The position numbers were made by a program, and so were the translations under genes. The notes under the pieces are model-generated. The model did no database searches and had not been told where the DNA came from. It saw nothing but the letters and a program-made list of their open reading frames with translations. From Ginglymostoma cirratum (Eukaryota), in NCBI GenBank assembly GCA_024137785.1, contig JAHRHZ010000018.1:49640565-49704564 (forward strand): a stretch of 64,000 nt of DNA, given 5' to 3'. Shown here one piece after another: positions 12,031 to 22,710 of the stretch; the first letter of the stretch is position 1, and every line of letters starts with the position of its first letter.

Positions 12031-12800
12031 TTCAATTCCTCCCACTTCCTACAGACAAAAGGGGTGGCCATGGGTACCCGCATGGGCCCAAGCTATGCCT
12101 GCCTCTTTGTAGGTTATGTGGAACAATCCCTCTTCCGTACCTACACTGGCCCTAAACCCCACCTCTTCCTCCGTTACATTGATGACTGCATCGGCGCCGC
12201 CTCGTGCTCCCACAAGGAGCTCGAACAGTTCATCCAATTCACCAACACCTTCCACCCCAACCTGAAGTTCACCTGGACCATCTCAACACTTCTCTCTCCT
12301 TCCTGGACCTCTCTGTCTCCATCTCGGGCAACCACCTAGAGACAGATGTCCATTTCAAGCCCACTGACTCCCACAGCTACCTGGAATACACCTCCTCCCA
12401 CCCACCCTCCTGCAAAAATGCCATCCCCTATTCCCAATTCCTTCGCCTTCGCCGCATCTGCTCCCAGGATGAGACATTCCAATCCCGCACATCTCAAATG
12501 TCCTCATTCTTCAAGGACCGCAACTTCCCCCCAACAGTGGTCGAGAACGCCCTCAACCGTGTCTCCCGCATTTCCCGGAACACATCCCTCACGCCCCGTC
12601 CCCGCAACAATAACCAAAAAAGAATCCCCCTCGTCCTCACATACCACCCCACCAACCTCCGGATCCAACGCATCATCCTCCGACACTTCCGCCATCTGCA
12701 ATCAGACCCCACCACCAAAGACATCTTTCCCTCCCCACCCTTATCTGCCTTCCGGAGGGACCACTCCCTCCGCGACTCCCTTGTCCGCTCCACACTCCCC

Positions 12801-12900
12801 NNNNNNNNNNNNNNNNNNNNNNNNNNNNNNNNNNNNNNNNNNNNNNNNNNNNNNNNNNNNNNNNNNNNNNNNNNNNNNNNNNNNNNNNNNNNNNNNNNNN
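12801..12900. other. Assembly gap (100 N)
   Basis: Run of N, covering the position where the GIY-YIG motif is expected. Confidence 1.
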
Positions 12901-15900
12901 CCAAGCGGAGGCTTGGGGACCGCTTTGCAGAACACCTGCGCTCAGTTCGCAACAAACAACTGCACCTCCCAGTCGCGAACCATTTCAACTCCCCCTCCCA
13001 TTCCTCAGATGACATGTCCATCCTGGGCCTCCTGCAATGCCACAGTGATGCCACCCGAAGGCTGCAGGAACAGCAAATCATATTCAGCCTGGGAACCCTG
13101 CAGCCCAATGGCATCAATGTGGATTTCACAAGCTTCAAAATCTCCCCTCCCCCAACCGCATCCCAAAACCAGCCCAGCTCATCTCCACCTCCCTAACCTG
13201 TTCTTCCTCTCACCCCAAGCCACACCCCCATCTCCTATCTACTAACATCATCCTGCCCCCTTGACCTGTCCGTCCTCCCTGGACTGACCTATCTCCTCCC
13301 TACCCCCCTACCTACACTCACCTTTACTGGCTCCTATGATGCTGCTTGACCTGCTGTGTTCATCCAGCCCCATGCTTGTTATCTCGGATTCTCCAGCATC
13401 TGCAGTACCTTTTATCTCAGGGACATCCATGCCTTGTTGTTAAGCGCTGATCCTCCAGTCAGGCACCAGGACTGCTTCCCCTTTCCTTATTTGGTCTCGG
13501 TAGCAGCCATTATGTACATGACTGTTACCAGGTTTCATGCCTGACTGGAGGATCAGCGCTTAACAACAAGGCATGGATGTCCCTGATTGGAAGACGCAGG
13601 TAAGAGGATCAGGGATAAAACAGAGTGCGACTGAGGGTATGTAGCGAAAACTCTGGCGATTAACCTTCGCTGAAATGGATAACCCTCTGCTTGGAAGCAT
13701 GGAGATTACACTGAGTACCTGGGGAATTGCCTGGCCAGCGAGACCTCCTGTTCTCGGGTATTAGCCTTTATTTTCCGTGACTGTTCAGGGGATGTCTTAG
13801 AAAACCAGGTTTCATTCGTTCAGCTTGAGTAACTTGCAGTTTCTCCATTCAGGCTTTAACCCTTCCCAGCCAACAAAATATCATCTCAAGAGACTATGCA
13901 ATTGATGAACATGCCATCGAGGAACCAAACTGCAAAGCAGCATGTGACCAGCAATCAGCTACACTTGCTATGAGTAATGGTGGTTGTTGAATTGCTCGAG
14001 CACACCAATTCTTTTTGATCCATTTATAGCACGTTGTTGTAGTTTTCAAATAAATCAAACTTACTTATAGTTTCCCAATCCTCTCTGTGTGACTAGTGAG
14101 TTCACATAAATAGGCAAGCAACAGAGAGATGAGATCATGACATGGAGATGGAACTTGCACATAGGCTTAACCATCTTGGAAGAGAAAGCCTTCTCCATTT
14201 GACTCCAAAACAATGTCATAAAAGCACTTACTTTATGAATTCCAGACTTTTGCATATTCTTTTACCTGCCTGGTTTTCTAAGTCCGAGGAAACTCAGCTG
14301 ACAGGAACTAAGGAGAAAATCGTTGGTAAAATTGAGGTATATCAATATATATCCCGCTGAAGAGATTTTCATGGTTAACCTGCCTCCTGAGAGCAAATTA
14401 ATCACTAAAATTAGAATGAGATGCAAACCCGTTGGACTCAAGTTTAAAATCTTTGTAGTTTTCGTTTCTTCTCCTGTCCAGCTCTATGAGACTTGAAGGT
14501 TAAAATTATGTTTTTTTTATATTTCATGATGGAATAGTAACTGCTTCTGATCATTGCTCGCCAAGAGATAGGATTATAACTAGGTTTCTGACTGCATGAA
14601 TGAGAAACAGAAAGGAAGCTGATTTCCCTAGCTAGCTGCAGATTACAGATAAATCACTGAATGAAGTTTTTGCCAAAGCAGTCAACACAGAACATAAAAG
14701 AGACAAAGCACAACAAAGTGTGCATAAACCAAACTAGTGCAAAGGAATAAACTCACAATTGTTATCACAAAGGAATGGAGTGGAACGTCTGCTGTTAATT
14801 TCAATCAAGTAAGTCATCATGAGGTTACAGTAGGAAATCTGGCTTAATACTTCAGCTGGAATCATTGAAGGAGGAATTACATCCCCATAAGTCCTTTTAA
14901 CTAAGTTCTAAATTAGTTCTTTCAGCAATCTTCTTTTCTTCGAGTTGCTGGTTGCATTAATTGAAATTCAAATTTAATGAGCCAACCAATTTGAATTCAA
15001 TTTAGAAAATGCTGTGAATGGGAGCATTTTGAGCCTTAATTAGCTCCATACTTTCTTTTACTAAAGACTATCAATTCTACAGTTTCAGCTGAATCTTATG
15101 TCTGTTGCCATCTCCTGTATGTTAGTCCACCAATATGTTCCCCAGAATTTTTCAATTTTAACAGAAACAGATACACTGCAAATATACCAGAGAGGGCTAT
15201 ATATGTGGTTGTGTCCAATGAATAGTGAAGTGTAATCAGGTACTGGTTTTGACTTCAAGCTTTGTAGCTTGAAAGTGACATTTTATAATGATAAAATTGC
15301 AATGAGAAAACAGATGAAAAGGAATATCACAGGGTTTATAAAATGCTCAGAGGAACAGATACTGCAGAAACAATGTATTTATATCAATTTTAACAATTCT
15401 ACTGTTTATAGTCTTTTCTGCCAGGCTAGACTTGAACAAGTGATAGGATTTTGGTTTAAAACTTGGCCTGACAGCGAGACAAGTGGTGCCACCAAAAAAC
15501 GTGCGCAGAATAACAACGGTTTTTAATTTTGCTTAAATGAAAAATTAAAAGATGGTATGTGTTATATGTACCTAGGAGAGTGTAAAATAAAAGGAGAGAA
15601 TTGGGATAAAAATGTTCCTTCCAACTGGAGGTGCTTAATTTTATCATTTTTATTTTGACTGATTCCAATTTTTTGCTCAGGACTGGTATTTCCGTCATAG
15701 AACTATTGATGATATTTTAAGATACTGTAACCTTGGGGATTGTTTGGCATTGCGGTATCTGAGCTGAAAATTAGAAAATATGTCTATGTTACAATTCGAG
15801 TCAGGTTACTCGCTTTTAAAAAGTGCAGCAATCCTTCAACAAACATTGGTTTTTAAACTAGTTATTTTCTCATGTCAGGCTACAATCAGAAATACAAAAA

Positions 15901-17117
15901 AAAGACAGTCTTCACATCTGGATTTTCTTACCCTCATGGTTGGTTTCTCCGCATGGAATTTCAGTCTGTCCCACTGCTCACCATGTGATACTATCCTGAT
16001 TGTCTCACTGTACCTGACACTTCTGCCAGTATGTGGTTCAGAGTAAGTATTGTTTAATGTAGTGCAGTACCACCAATGTTCCTTTATTGATAGTTTGACT
16101 AGGTCTATCCAATGATAAATGGTAAAGGATACGCAATCATAGAGTTTTAGAGAAACAATTGCTCCTAGTTAACAAGATTGCTTACTGCATGATTGGAATA
16201 AGTGCAACTACATTACTCATCATAAGTAATTATTAGAACTATCAGAGTCTGGACAGATCATATGTATTCCCGAGGAAAGCTAGTGTAGAAATCATTACGT
16301 ATAACCACATAATACGTGTGACAAAATACTAAATGGATAGAATTGGATGGAAAATAAACATTAAATCTTTCTGAGGAATTACTTCATACCACATAAAACC
16401 CAAACTTTATTACCTGTAACTAACCCTTAAATTCATATACATGAATATATTACATTCACCACTCCCCTTCTCCCACTAAGTCTGTGGCTTCAAAAATGCA
16501 AGCAATAATGACATATCATAATTTTTCCAGTGCTCATTCTCTTCCAATTTGGGGGAATGATCGGTTTTTTGTTTGAAGACTGTTGACCTTGATTCTGATC
16601 CATGGATCATTTCTCTGCTGGAAGATATCCTTCACAGAGGTTGTTGTTCTTCTTGAACTTTTTGTTAGGCCATGGCATTATCTGGAGGACCATGAATCTC
16701 CTGAAATCCGTTTGCAGAGAAACTCTTCAGTGGAAACTCAAGTAATTGCCCCATAGTAGCATCTGGAGGACCTTCAATCTTGTGAATGCCCATCATAAAA
16801 AGGCATCTATTCTGTTGAAACAAGTCTTTTTCTCCTTATAAAAGTCTAAATTTCTGAATCAGTCAATACCTTTCTGGATGGAAAGGGCTATCGCTTTTTT
16901 GTAATATTCTCGATGTTTAGACCAAACAGTTTCCTCATCTTGACCATGTCCTGAATCTGTAGATATTTGTCTGAGTCCACATGCAGCTTATCTCCCACAA
17001 AATGTTGACCAGGCTGAACGCAGTTTTTTTGACTGCTGAAGTAGACATTTTTGGTTTCTCAGACAAATTGCTGAAATGATGCTAATCGCCCAACACTATC
17101 TGTCATTAGCATTGACT

Positions 17118-17297
17118 AGGTCAATAATCACATGACACCGGGTTATAGTCTAATAGGTTTATTTGAAAACACAAGTTTTCGGAGAAGGAGCAAGACTGTG
17201 AAATCTTGTGTTTTCAAATAAACCTTTTGGACTATATCCTGTTGTCATGTGATTTTTGACCTTGTCGACCCCCGTCCAACACCGGCACATACACGTC
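17118..17297. mobile_element. Hairpin-shaped PLE terminal fragment with a 12-bp TSD
   Basis: TSD TTAGCATTGACT at 17106-17117 and 17298-17309. Inverted arms ~17118-17184 and ~17196-17262. The central GAAGGAGCAAGACTGTGAAATCTT resembles a decayed HHR stem II/GAAA region. Confidence 0.7.
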
Positions 17298-17750
17298 TTA
17301 GCATTGACTGTTTATTTTATAGGAGAGAGGACTGAACATTTACGCCAATTCTGTGATTTTGTGATTTCCTCCAAGTTGACAATGTGAAATAGCTCCCTCA
17401 TGCCAACTTAAGCAATGTTAGTCATTTTCTTTTTCCTTATATTTCAGTTCTACCATGAGTCTAGGAAGTCCAGTGAAATCTTCTATCTGTTGCCTCTTGA
17501 CTGGTTGCTTAATTGGTTTGTTCCTAAACCAGTGTTTCAAAAACCGTTTATTTAATCAACAGTCATTTCTGGGATGTTGCCAAACTCCTTCAACTCTTCT
17601 GGTGAAGTTGAAGCTGAGACAAGCATGCAAACTTCAAAGTGAATAATTTTGATTATGAATAATGTACACATTTTCAATTCTCTTTTGTATGCTATGTTTC
17701 AGTGTAACTTGTATAATTCCTATGCACTTGACAGTTATCCTATCTATGCC

Positions 17751-17881
17751 TAGAGACAAAAATAAACTGCGGATGCTGGAATCCAGTCCTGAAGAAGGGT
17801 AATATCCAAAACATTGACTTCTCCTTTCTTTCAGATGCTGCCTGGTTTGCTGTGTTCTTCCAGCCTCCTGTTTGTCTATCT
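17751..17881 (+). mobile_element. Short PLE terminal fragment with a degenerate HHR, an inverted 5' piece and a 10-bp TSD
   Basis: TSD TATCTATGCC at 17741-17750 and 17882-17891. CTGAAGA-AGGGT-AAT-ATCC-AAAAC-ATT at 17789-17815. The 5' piece CTGCGGATGCTGGAATCC is the reverse complement of the PLE 3' end. Confidence 0.75.
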
Positions 17882-17943
17882 TATCTATGCCATTTGGTAT
17901 CATTTATATAACCTCTGCTGCTTCAGTCATGGTCACAGGTCTA

Positions 17944-18010
17944 ATATGAGAGTAACATTTGATCTTGTGCTAAGCATAAACCTAACAGGATGCCCACTGA
18001 CCCAAACAAG
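17944..18010 (-). pseudogene. Degenerate retroviral-like aspartic protease motif
   Basis: LVWVSGHPVRFMLSTRSNVTLI matches V.V.G.PV.F.LDTGS.VT.I with the catalytic DTG decayed to STR. It lies downstream of gag on the same strand. Confidence 0.6.
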
Positions 18011-18304
18011 TTCTGGGCTTTCTGGATCAGCCATTTTCCTAAGAAATGCTTCAAACATTTTTCTGATTGAAGTATCATACCTAATGCAACTATTGTTTTT
18101 AATGGTGGTGGGTGCACAACTATATAGCCTTCTTTGTGTAAGTTAGATCATCAGAATTTCTGCTGTTGTGAACCTGGGTCTTACTCTGTGCCTCTTCTGG
18201 ACATCATCTACACTTTTATAAATGTGGTATTCCTTCTGATGGCTAGGGTGACCAATGATGTGCCACAAGTATCATTGGCTGGGACCCTTCCTGACTGTTT
18301 GTAA

Positions 18305-19170
18305 GTTAACAACTTGTATACTTATGTAGAAGGTTTAGTTTGTAAGTTTGCAGACGGCATGAAAATTGGTGGTGTGGTTAACAGTGAGGAGGATGGTCTC
18401 AGGCAGTAGTCTGATATTGATCAACTTGTAAATTGAGCAGATCAATGGCAGATGGAATTTAATCGCAATAAGTGTGAGGTAATGCATTTTAGTAGGTCTA
18501 ACTGGTGAAGGATATACACAATGAATAGTAGGTCCCTAGGGAATACTGAGGGACAAAGGGACCTTGGTGTAAAAGTCCATTCTGTCAAGGTATCAGCACA
18601 CAGAGACAGGGTGGTGAAGAAGGTATACCACAGGATGTTTGCCTTCATTAGACAGGGCATAGAATATAGGAGCAGCAAAAACTTATTACAACCTAACATC
18701 ATTGGTTAGGTTGCACATACTATGCTGCGTTCAGCGAGGGTACACAGGAGATTCACCAGGATATTGCCTGAGATGGAAAGTCTCAGTTATGAGGAGAGAC
18801 TGGATAGGCAGAGGGGTGTTCTGATTGAGGTGCACAAAATTATGAGAGGCATAGACAACCTGGACCATGACAATCTCTTTCCCATTGCAGACATGGCTAA
18901 GAGCAGATGGCATAAGTTTAAAGTGTGGAGTAAGTGATTTAGAGGGAATCTGAGAGTGATAGGTATTTGGAACGTGTTGCCTGAGAGGGTGGTGAAAGCA
19001 GGGACTCTCACAGCATTTAAGAAGCATCTGGATGAGCGCTTAAAATTCTGGGGCAGAGATGGCTATGGACCAAGTGCAGATCATTGGGATTAGTGTAGTT
19101 TTGTGTTAGTTGGTCAACATAGACATAGAGAGCCAAAGGGCCTGTTTCTATACTGTATGACTCTATGATA
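18305..19170 (+). mobile_element. HER1/CR1 LINE 3' fragment
   Basis: KFAD..KIGG, QRDLGV.VH, RV.RRFTR..P.M..LSYEERL..L motifs; 3' tail AAGGGCCTGTTTCTATACTGTATGACTCTATGA. Confidence 0.9.
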
Positions 19171-19189
19171 TTGTGAGGCCTTATGGTCC

Positions 19190-19600
19190 CACAGAATTGA
19201 CACTGATTTTTAGCATCAAGCATTTGGTCTGTTCTCTGCACAAGTTTGTAGCACACCTTCTTAGAGTGTCCATGTTTTCTAAACTGAATAGACCCTGTTG
19301 GCCCCTTGAATTTAGTTTCATCTTCCCCTCTGAAGATCCGTCTGTGAGTCTTTCTGGTTTCTGCTTCCAGCAGAATTTGAATAACTTTCTCAAAAGTTAA
19401 TTCTTCTTTAGACAGTAAGAAATCTGGCATGATGTCCATCAAGAATTCCAACAACAATCCTACCTCTTATGGATTTTGATTTCAAAGCAAATTCACAGCT
19501 TTCTACTAATCTGCTAATTATTGGTATTTTCCGAAGATTCCCCCAGAAACTGAACTCTTCTGTTAAATCTTGCTCTTTCAACTGATTTTATTTGTTCTTA
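19190..19600 (-). pseudogene. Gypsy-type gag relic (capsid region plus degenerate zinc knuckles)
   Basis: ERARFNRRVQFLGES (19535-19579), IRGRIVVGIL (19441-19470), KEELTFEKVIQILLEAE, KHGHSKKVC, CQFCG; frameshifted. Confidence 0.8.
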
Positions 19601-19686
19601 AGTTCAAGTAATTAGAAAACCTTTCAAGGCATCTCCAAAATCGTTTGTACTTTCTTTAATAATCTGTTGATGAATAAATCACCTGC

Positions 19687-20130
19687 TGGAGGGTGCAGAG
19701 GAGATTCACCAGGATGTTGAATGGAACACAATATTCCAACCAGGAACAGAGACTGGATAAGCTTAGGTTGTTTTCTTTGGACCAGCGAAGATTGAGGGGG
19801 ATGTGATAGAGGTGTGTAAGATTTTGAAGGCATGGACACGGTGGAGAGAAAGCAGCTGTTCCCTTTGTCCGAAGGGTCAAGAACAAGTGGGCACAATTTT
19901 AAGGTGAAAGGCAGGAGGTTTTGAGGAGATGAGAATGGAATGCACTGTGTGGGAGGGTAGTTGAGGTGGGTAACGTCACAACCTTTTAAAAAGTGTTTGC
20001 AGGAACACTTGAAGTGTCATAACATTCAAGGTTATGGGCCCAGTGCAGGGAAGCGGGACTAGTGTGGGTAGTAGTAGCTGTACAGACTTGGGAACCTAAG
20101 GACCTCTTCTGAGCTGTATGATTTTATGAT
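19687..20130 (+). mobile_element. HER1/CR1 LINE 3' fragment inserted in gag
   Basis: GAGGGTGCAGAGGAGATTCACCAGGATG start and CTGTATGATTTTATGAT tail. Confidence 0.85.
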
Positions 20131-20741
20131 CAGACCCACTAATATAATAATCTATCAATCTGCTCATCTTCAAACATAGTGGTACCTTCAAAGGAAATGT
20201 ATTTAAAAACCGTTGGCCCCAGAATATACAATTTTGTGTACTGTTGGTCTTTCTCTAAACTTGAATTTTTAAGAAAATATTATATATCTCTCTATTTCCT
20301 CTCAATGATTTTCTTCATTCTTATTACTGTAAATTGGTTTTACATCTGTATCACCTTAAGACTACATGTAATTTGTTGTTCAATAAGTTTGTAGCCTTGC
20401 ATTCAGCAATTTTTTTTTTACATTCAATTGCATTAGAGTTTGCGAGACTATGTATAGCATTTTTGCTGCTTGCCAGTCTTGTTAAATTGTTTATTGCAGT
20501 AACACTGTATTAAAACCTTCCATTGAGCTTTAAATTCTGTTTGCTGCTGGTCTGTAGTGCTTTTCTGCTGTCAATTTTTGAAATTCTATTTATTTCTATT
20601 ATTGTTTCTCTGTACAGATTATTTGGTTTTCCTGCCTTTTTTCAGAGTTTTACCATATTTTTAGTGACCAATGTAGTGATCTCCACCTTTTCCAGGCTTT
20701 TGTCTATCATCTGCAGTCAAGAGGGAGTTCTTCTGCTTTTT

Positions 20742-21050
20742 GGTGGCACAGAGGGTCAGTGATGAGAGATACGGCCTCACAGCGCCAGAACCCAAGTTCA
20801 ATTGAAGCCTTGGGCCACTGACTGTGTAGAGTTAGGAAATTCTCCCCATGACTGCATGGGTTTCCATCAACTGTTCCAGTTTCCTCCTACAGTCCAAAGG
20901 TATGCGGGTTAGATAGGTTGGCCATACTAACTGCAGGACTGCGGGGATAAGGTCTGAGGTCTAGGTCTGGGTACGATACTCTTCGGAAGGTTGGCATGAA
21001 CTCAATGGGCCAATTGGCCTCTTTCCGCATTGTAGGGATTCAATCATTCT
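20742..21050 (+). mobile_element. HE1-type SINE (diverged)
   Basis: GCCTCACAGCGCCAG, TTTCCTCCTACAGTCCAAAG, TGTAGGGATTC tail. Confidence 0.85.
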
Positions 21051-22349
21051 GTCTTTCCTGGTGTAAGACAATCAGCGCATTCTTCTGCCCAAATTTTTAA
21101 ATATGCTTCTCTGTATATGGCACTTATGAATCTTCTTGCGGAAGTTGTGATTTATTATTTAATCACAGTCCTTTTAAAGCTTTAGTTTCTCCTGACTGTC
21201 CTTCTTCTGATAGAGAGTTTCACAAGGTTTCTCTAAGATGGCTCTTTTCCAGATTCTATTATTTCTGAAGCCATCCCAATTCCACTGTCCAGTCTAAATT
21301 TATTTTCTGTAATTTTCACTGTATCTTGCATCTATGCCTAATGGAGCCTAATTCTGATGGCTGTGATACTTCTTGTGAGAGGTGGGAACTCTCTTTTATC
21401 AATTCTTTGTCTTCTCTTTCTGGCTTTTGCACTGTATTCAAAGAATTATTCCCCTTTCCTTTAGGAATATCTAACAATACTCCCAAAGCCTTTTCTTCTT
21501 CTCTGCAGAGCCTCCTTTGTTAAGACCTCTGTTTTTTCCCTACATGTGACCGTCTTTTCACTCTCCTCCGAGGCTACACTCTTGCCCCTGCACTTCTTAC
21601 CAGCTTCTTGGTAAAGTTTGTCTTTCACGTCTGAGTTTGTTCTGTTGCTGTTTCAGCTTTAGTCTTCTTCTGTCATTAATTGAGTTTTGGCCGCTGACTG
21701 TAAAAGTTCTTTAAATAGTAAACTCATTTGTGTTCAATATTTATTTTCTTCTACACTACACCTCACTGCTAATCAAACCCTGATACTCCCAGAGTTGTAA
21801 CAAAAGCTAACAATTTTATAATGTATGCATAATTCCCCAATTTACCTGACTTTTAGATCAGGTTTCTGTTTTAACATTTTTACAAGAATGATTATTACAA
21901 CAAATAATACATTCTAACTGCAGAAAAGCAATCGTGAACTGCCAACATATAAGTCTACTGGTTACAACTCGAACGCCCTATAAATGCCCCCTCCATGCAC
22001 ACATACAGACAAACAGAATAGAAATGTAAATGGTTGTTATGGGTGGAGGAAAACACTGGGAAGGCAGTTGCATTGTCCCTGTCCACCAGGGTTTGCTGAG
22101 GTGATTTTTGTGATTTTAGAACACTGCTTCTTGATTTTCCTTCTCCAGATACTTCCACCTGTTTGCTTGAGGCACAGGCTGACTGACCTACTTATAAATG
22201 TCCTTGACCTGTCATTTAAAAGTCATAGCTTACAGCAAATGGCAATGGGAAATATACAGGCTATCTTCAGGTTTGAGATGTGTTTTACTACAGAAAAAAG
22301 AGGCAGCTCCTGCTTTTTTGGAGAATCAATTGCTTCCATAAAAACATTT

Positions 22350-22710
22350 GGCGGGGGCAACGGCCTAGTGATATTATTGCTGGACTGTTAATCCAGTGAC
22401 CTAGATAATGTTTGGGGGGCCTGGGTTTGAATCCTGCCATGGCAGATGGTGGAATTTGAATTCGATAAATATCTGGAATTAAGGATCTATTGATGACCAT
22501 GAATCCATTGCCAATTGTCGGAAAACCTCATCTGGTTCTCTAATGTTCTTTGAGGGAAGGAAACTGCCATCCTTACCTGGCCTGGCCTACATGTGACTCC
22601 AGACCCACAGCAATGTAGTTGACCCTGAACTGCCCTCTGGGCAATTAGGGTTGGGCAATAAATGCTGCCGAGCCAGCGATACCCTTGTCCCGTGAATGAA
22701 TAAAACAAAA
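22350..22710 (+). mobile_element. tRNA-derived SINE family 2 inserted in the LTR
   Basis: Full head, core and tail homologous to 10088-10434. Confidence 0.9.

Larger units (their letters stand above)
11350..13416 (+). mobile_element. Penelope-like retroelement (Neptune-like): RT plus GIY-YIG endonuclease, 5'-truncated and gapped, with an 11-bp TSD
   Basis: RT motifs TMDVQSLYTCIPH, GVAMGTRMGPSYA, RYIDD, FLDL, KPTDSHSYL..SSHP; endonuclease C-terminus RLGDRFAEH...VANHFN...EQ..IF.LGTLQPNGIN. Frameshift near 12285. TSD TCAGGGACATC at 11339-11349 and 13417-13427. Confidence 0.93.
11119..13806. repeat. 269-bp inverted repeat (foldback); left arm 11119-11349 plus 13428-13465 (split by a PLE), right arm 13538-13806
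   Basis: Manual alignment of the reverse complement gives about 6 mismatches in 269 bp, with a 72-bp spacer once the PLE is removed. Confidence 0.92.

Noticed and set aside
11675-12112. 145-aa Ala/Val/Gly-rich ORF as a membrane protein
   Set aside because: Antisense reading of the PLE PPTADA repeat.
12204-13196. 330-aa ORF as a host gene
   Set aside because: It is the frameshifted PLE RT thumb and GIY-YIG region, and it spans an N gap.
15420-15526. Peptide ARLEQVIGFWFKTWPDSETSGATKKRAQ, faintly like DUF4806 C-termini, after a CAG acceptor
   Set aside because: Too short, and no upstream domain is visible.
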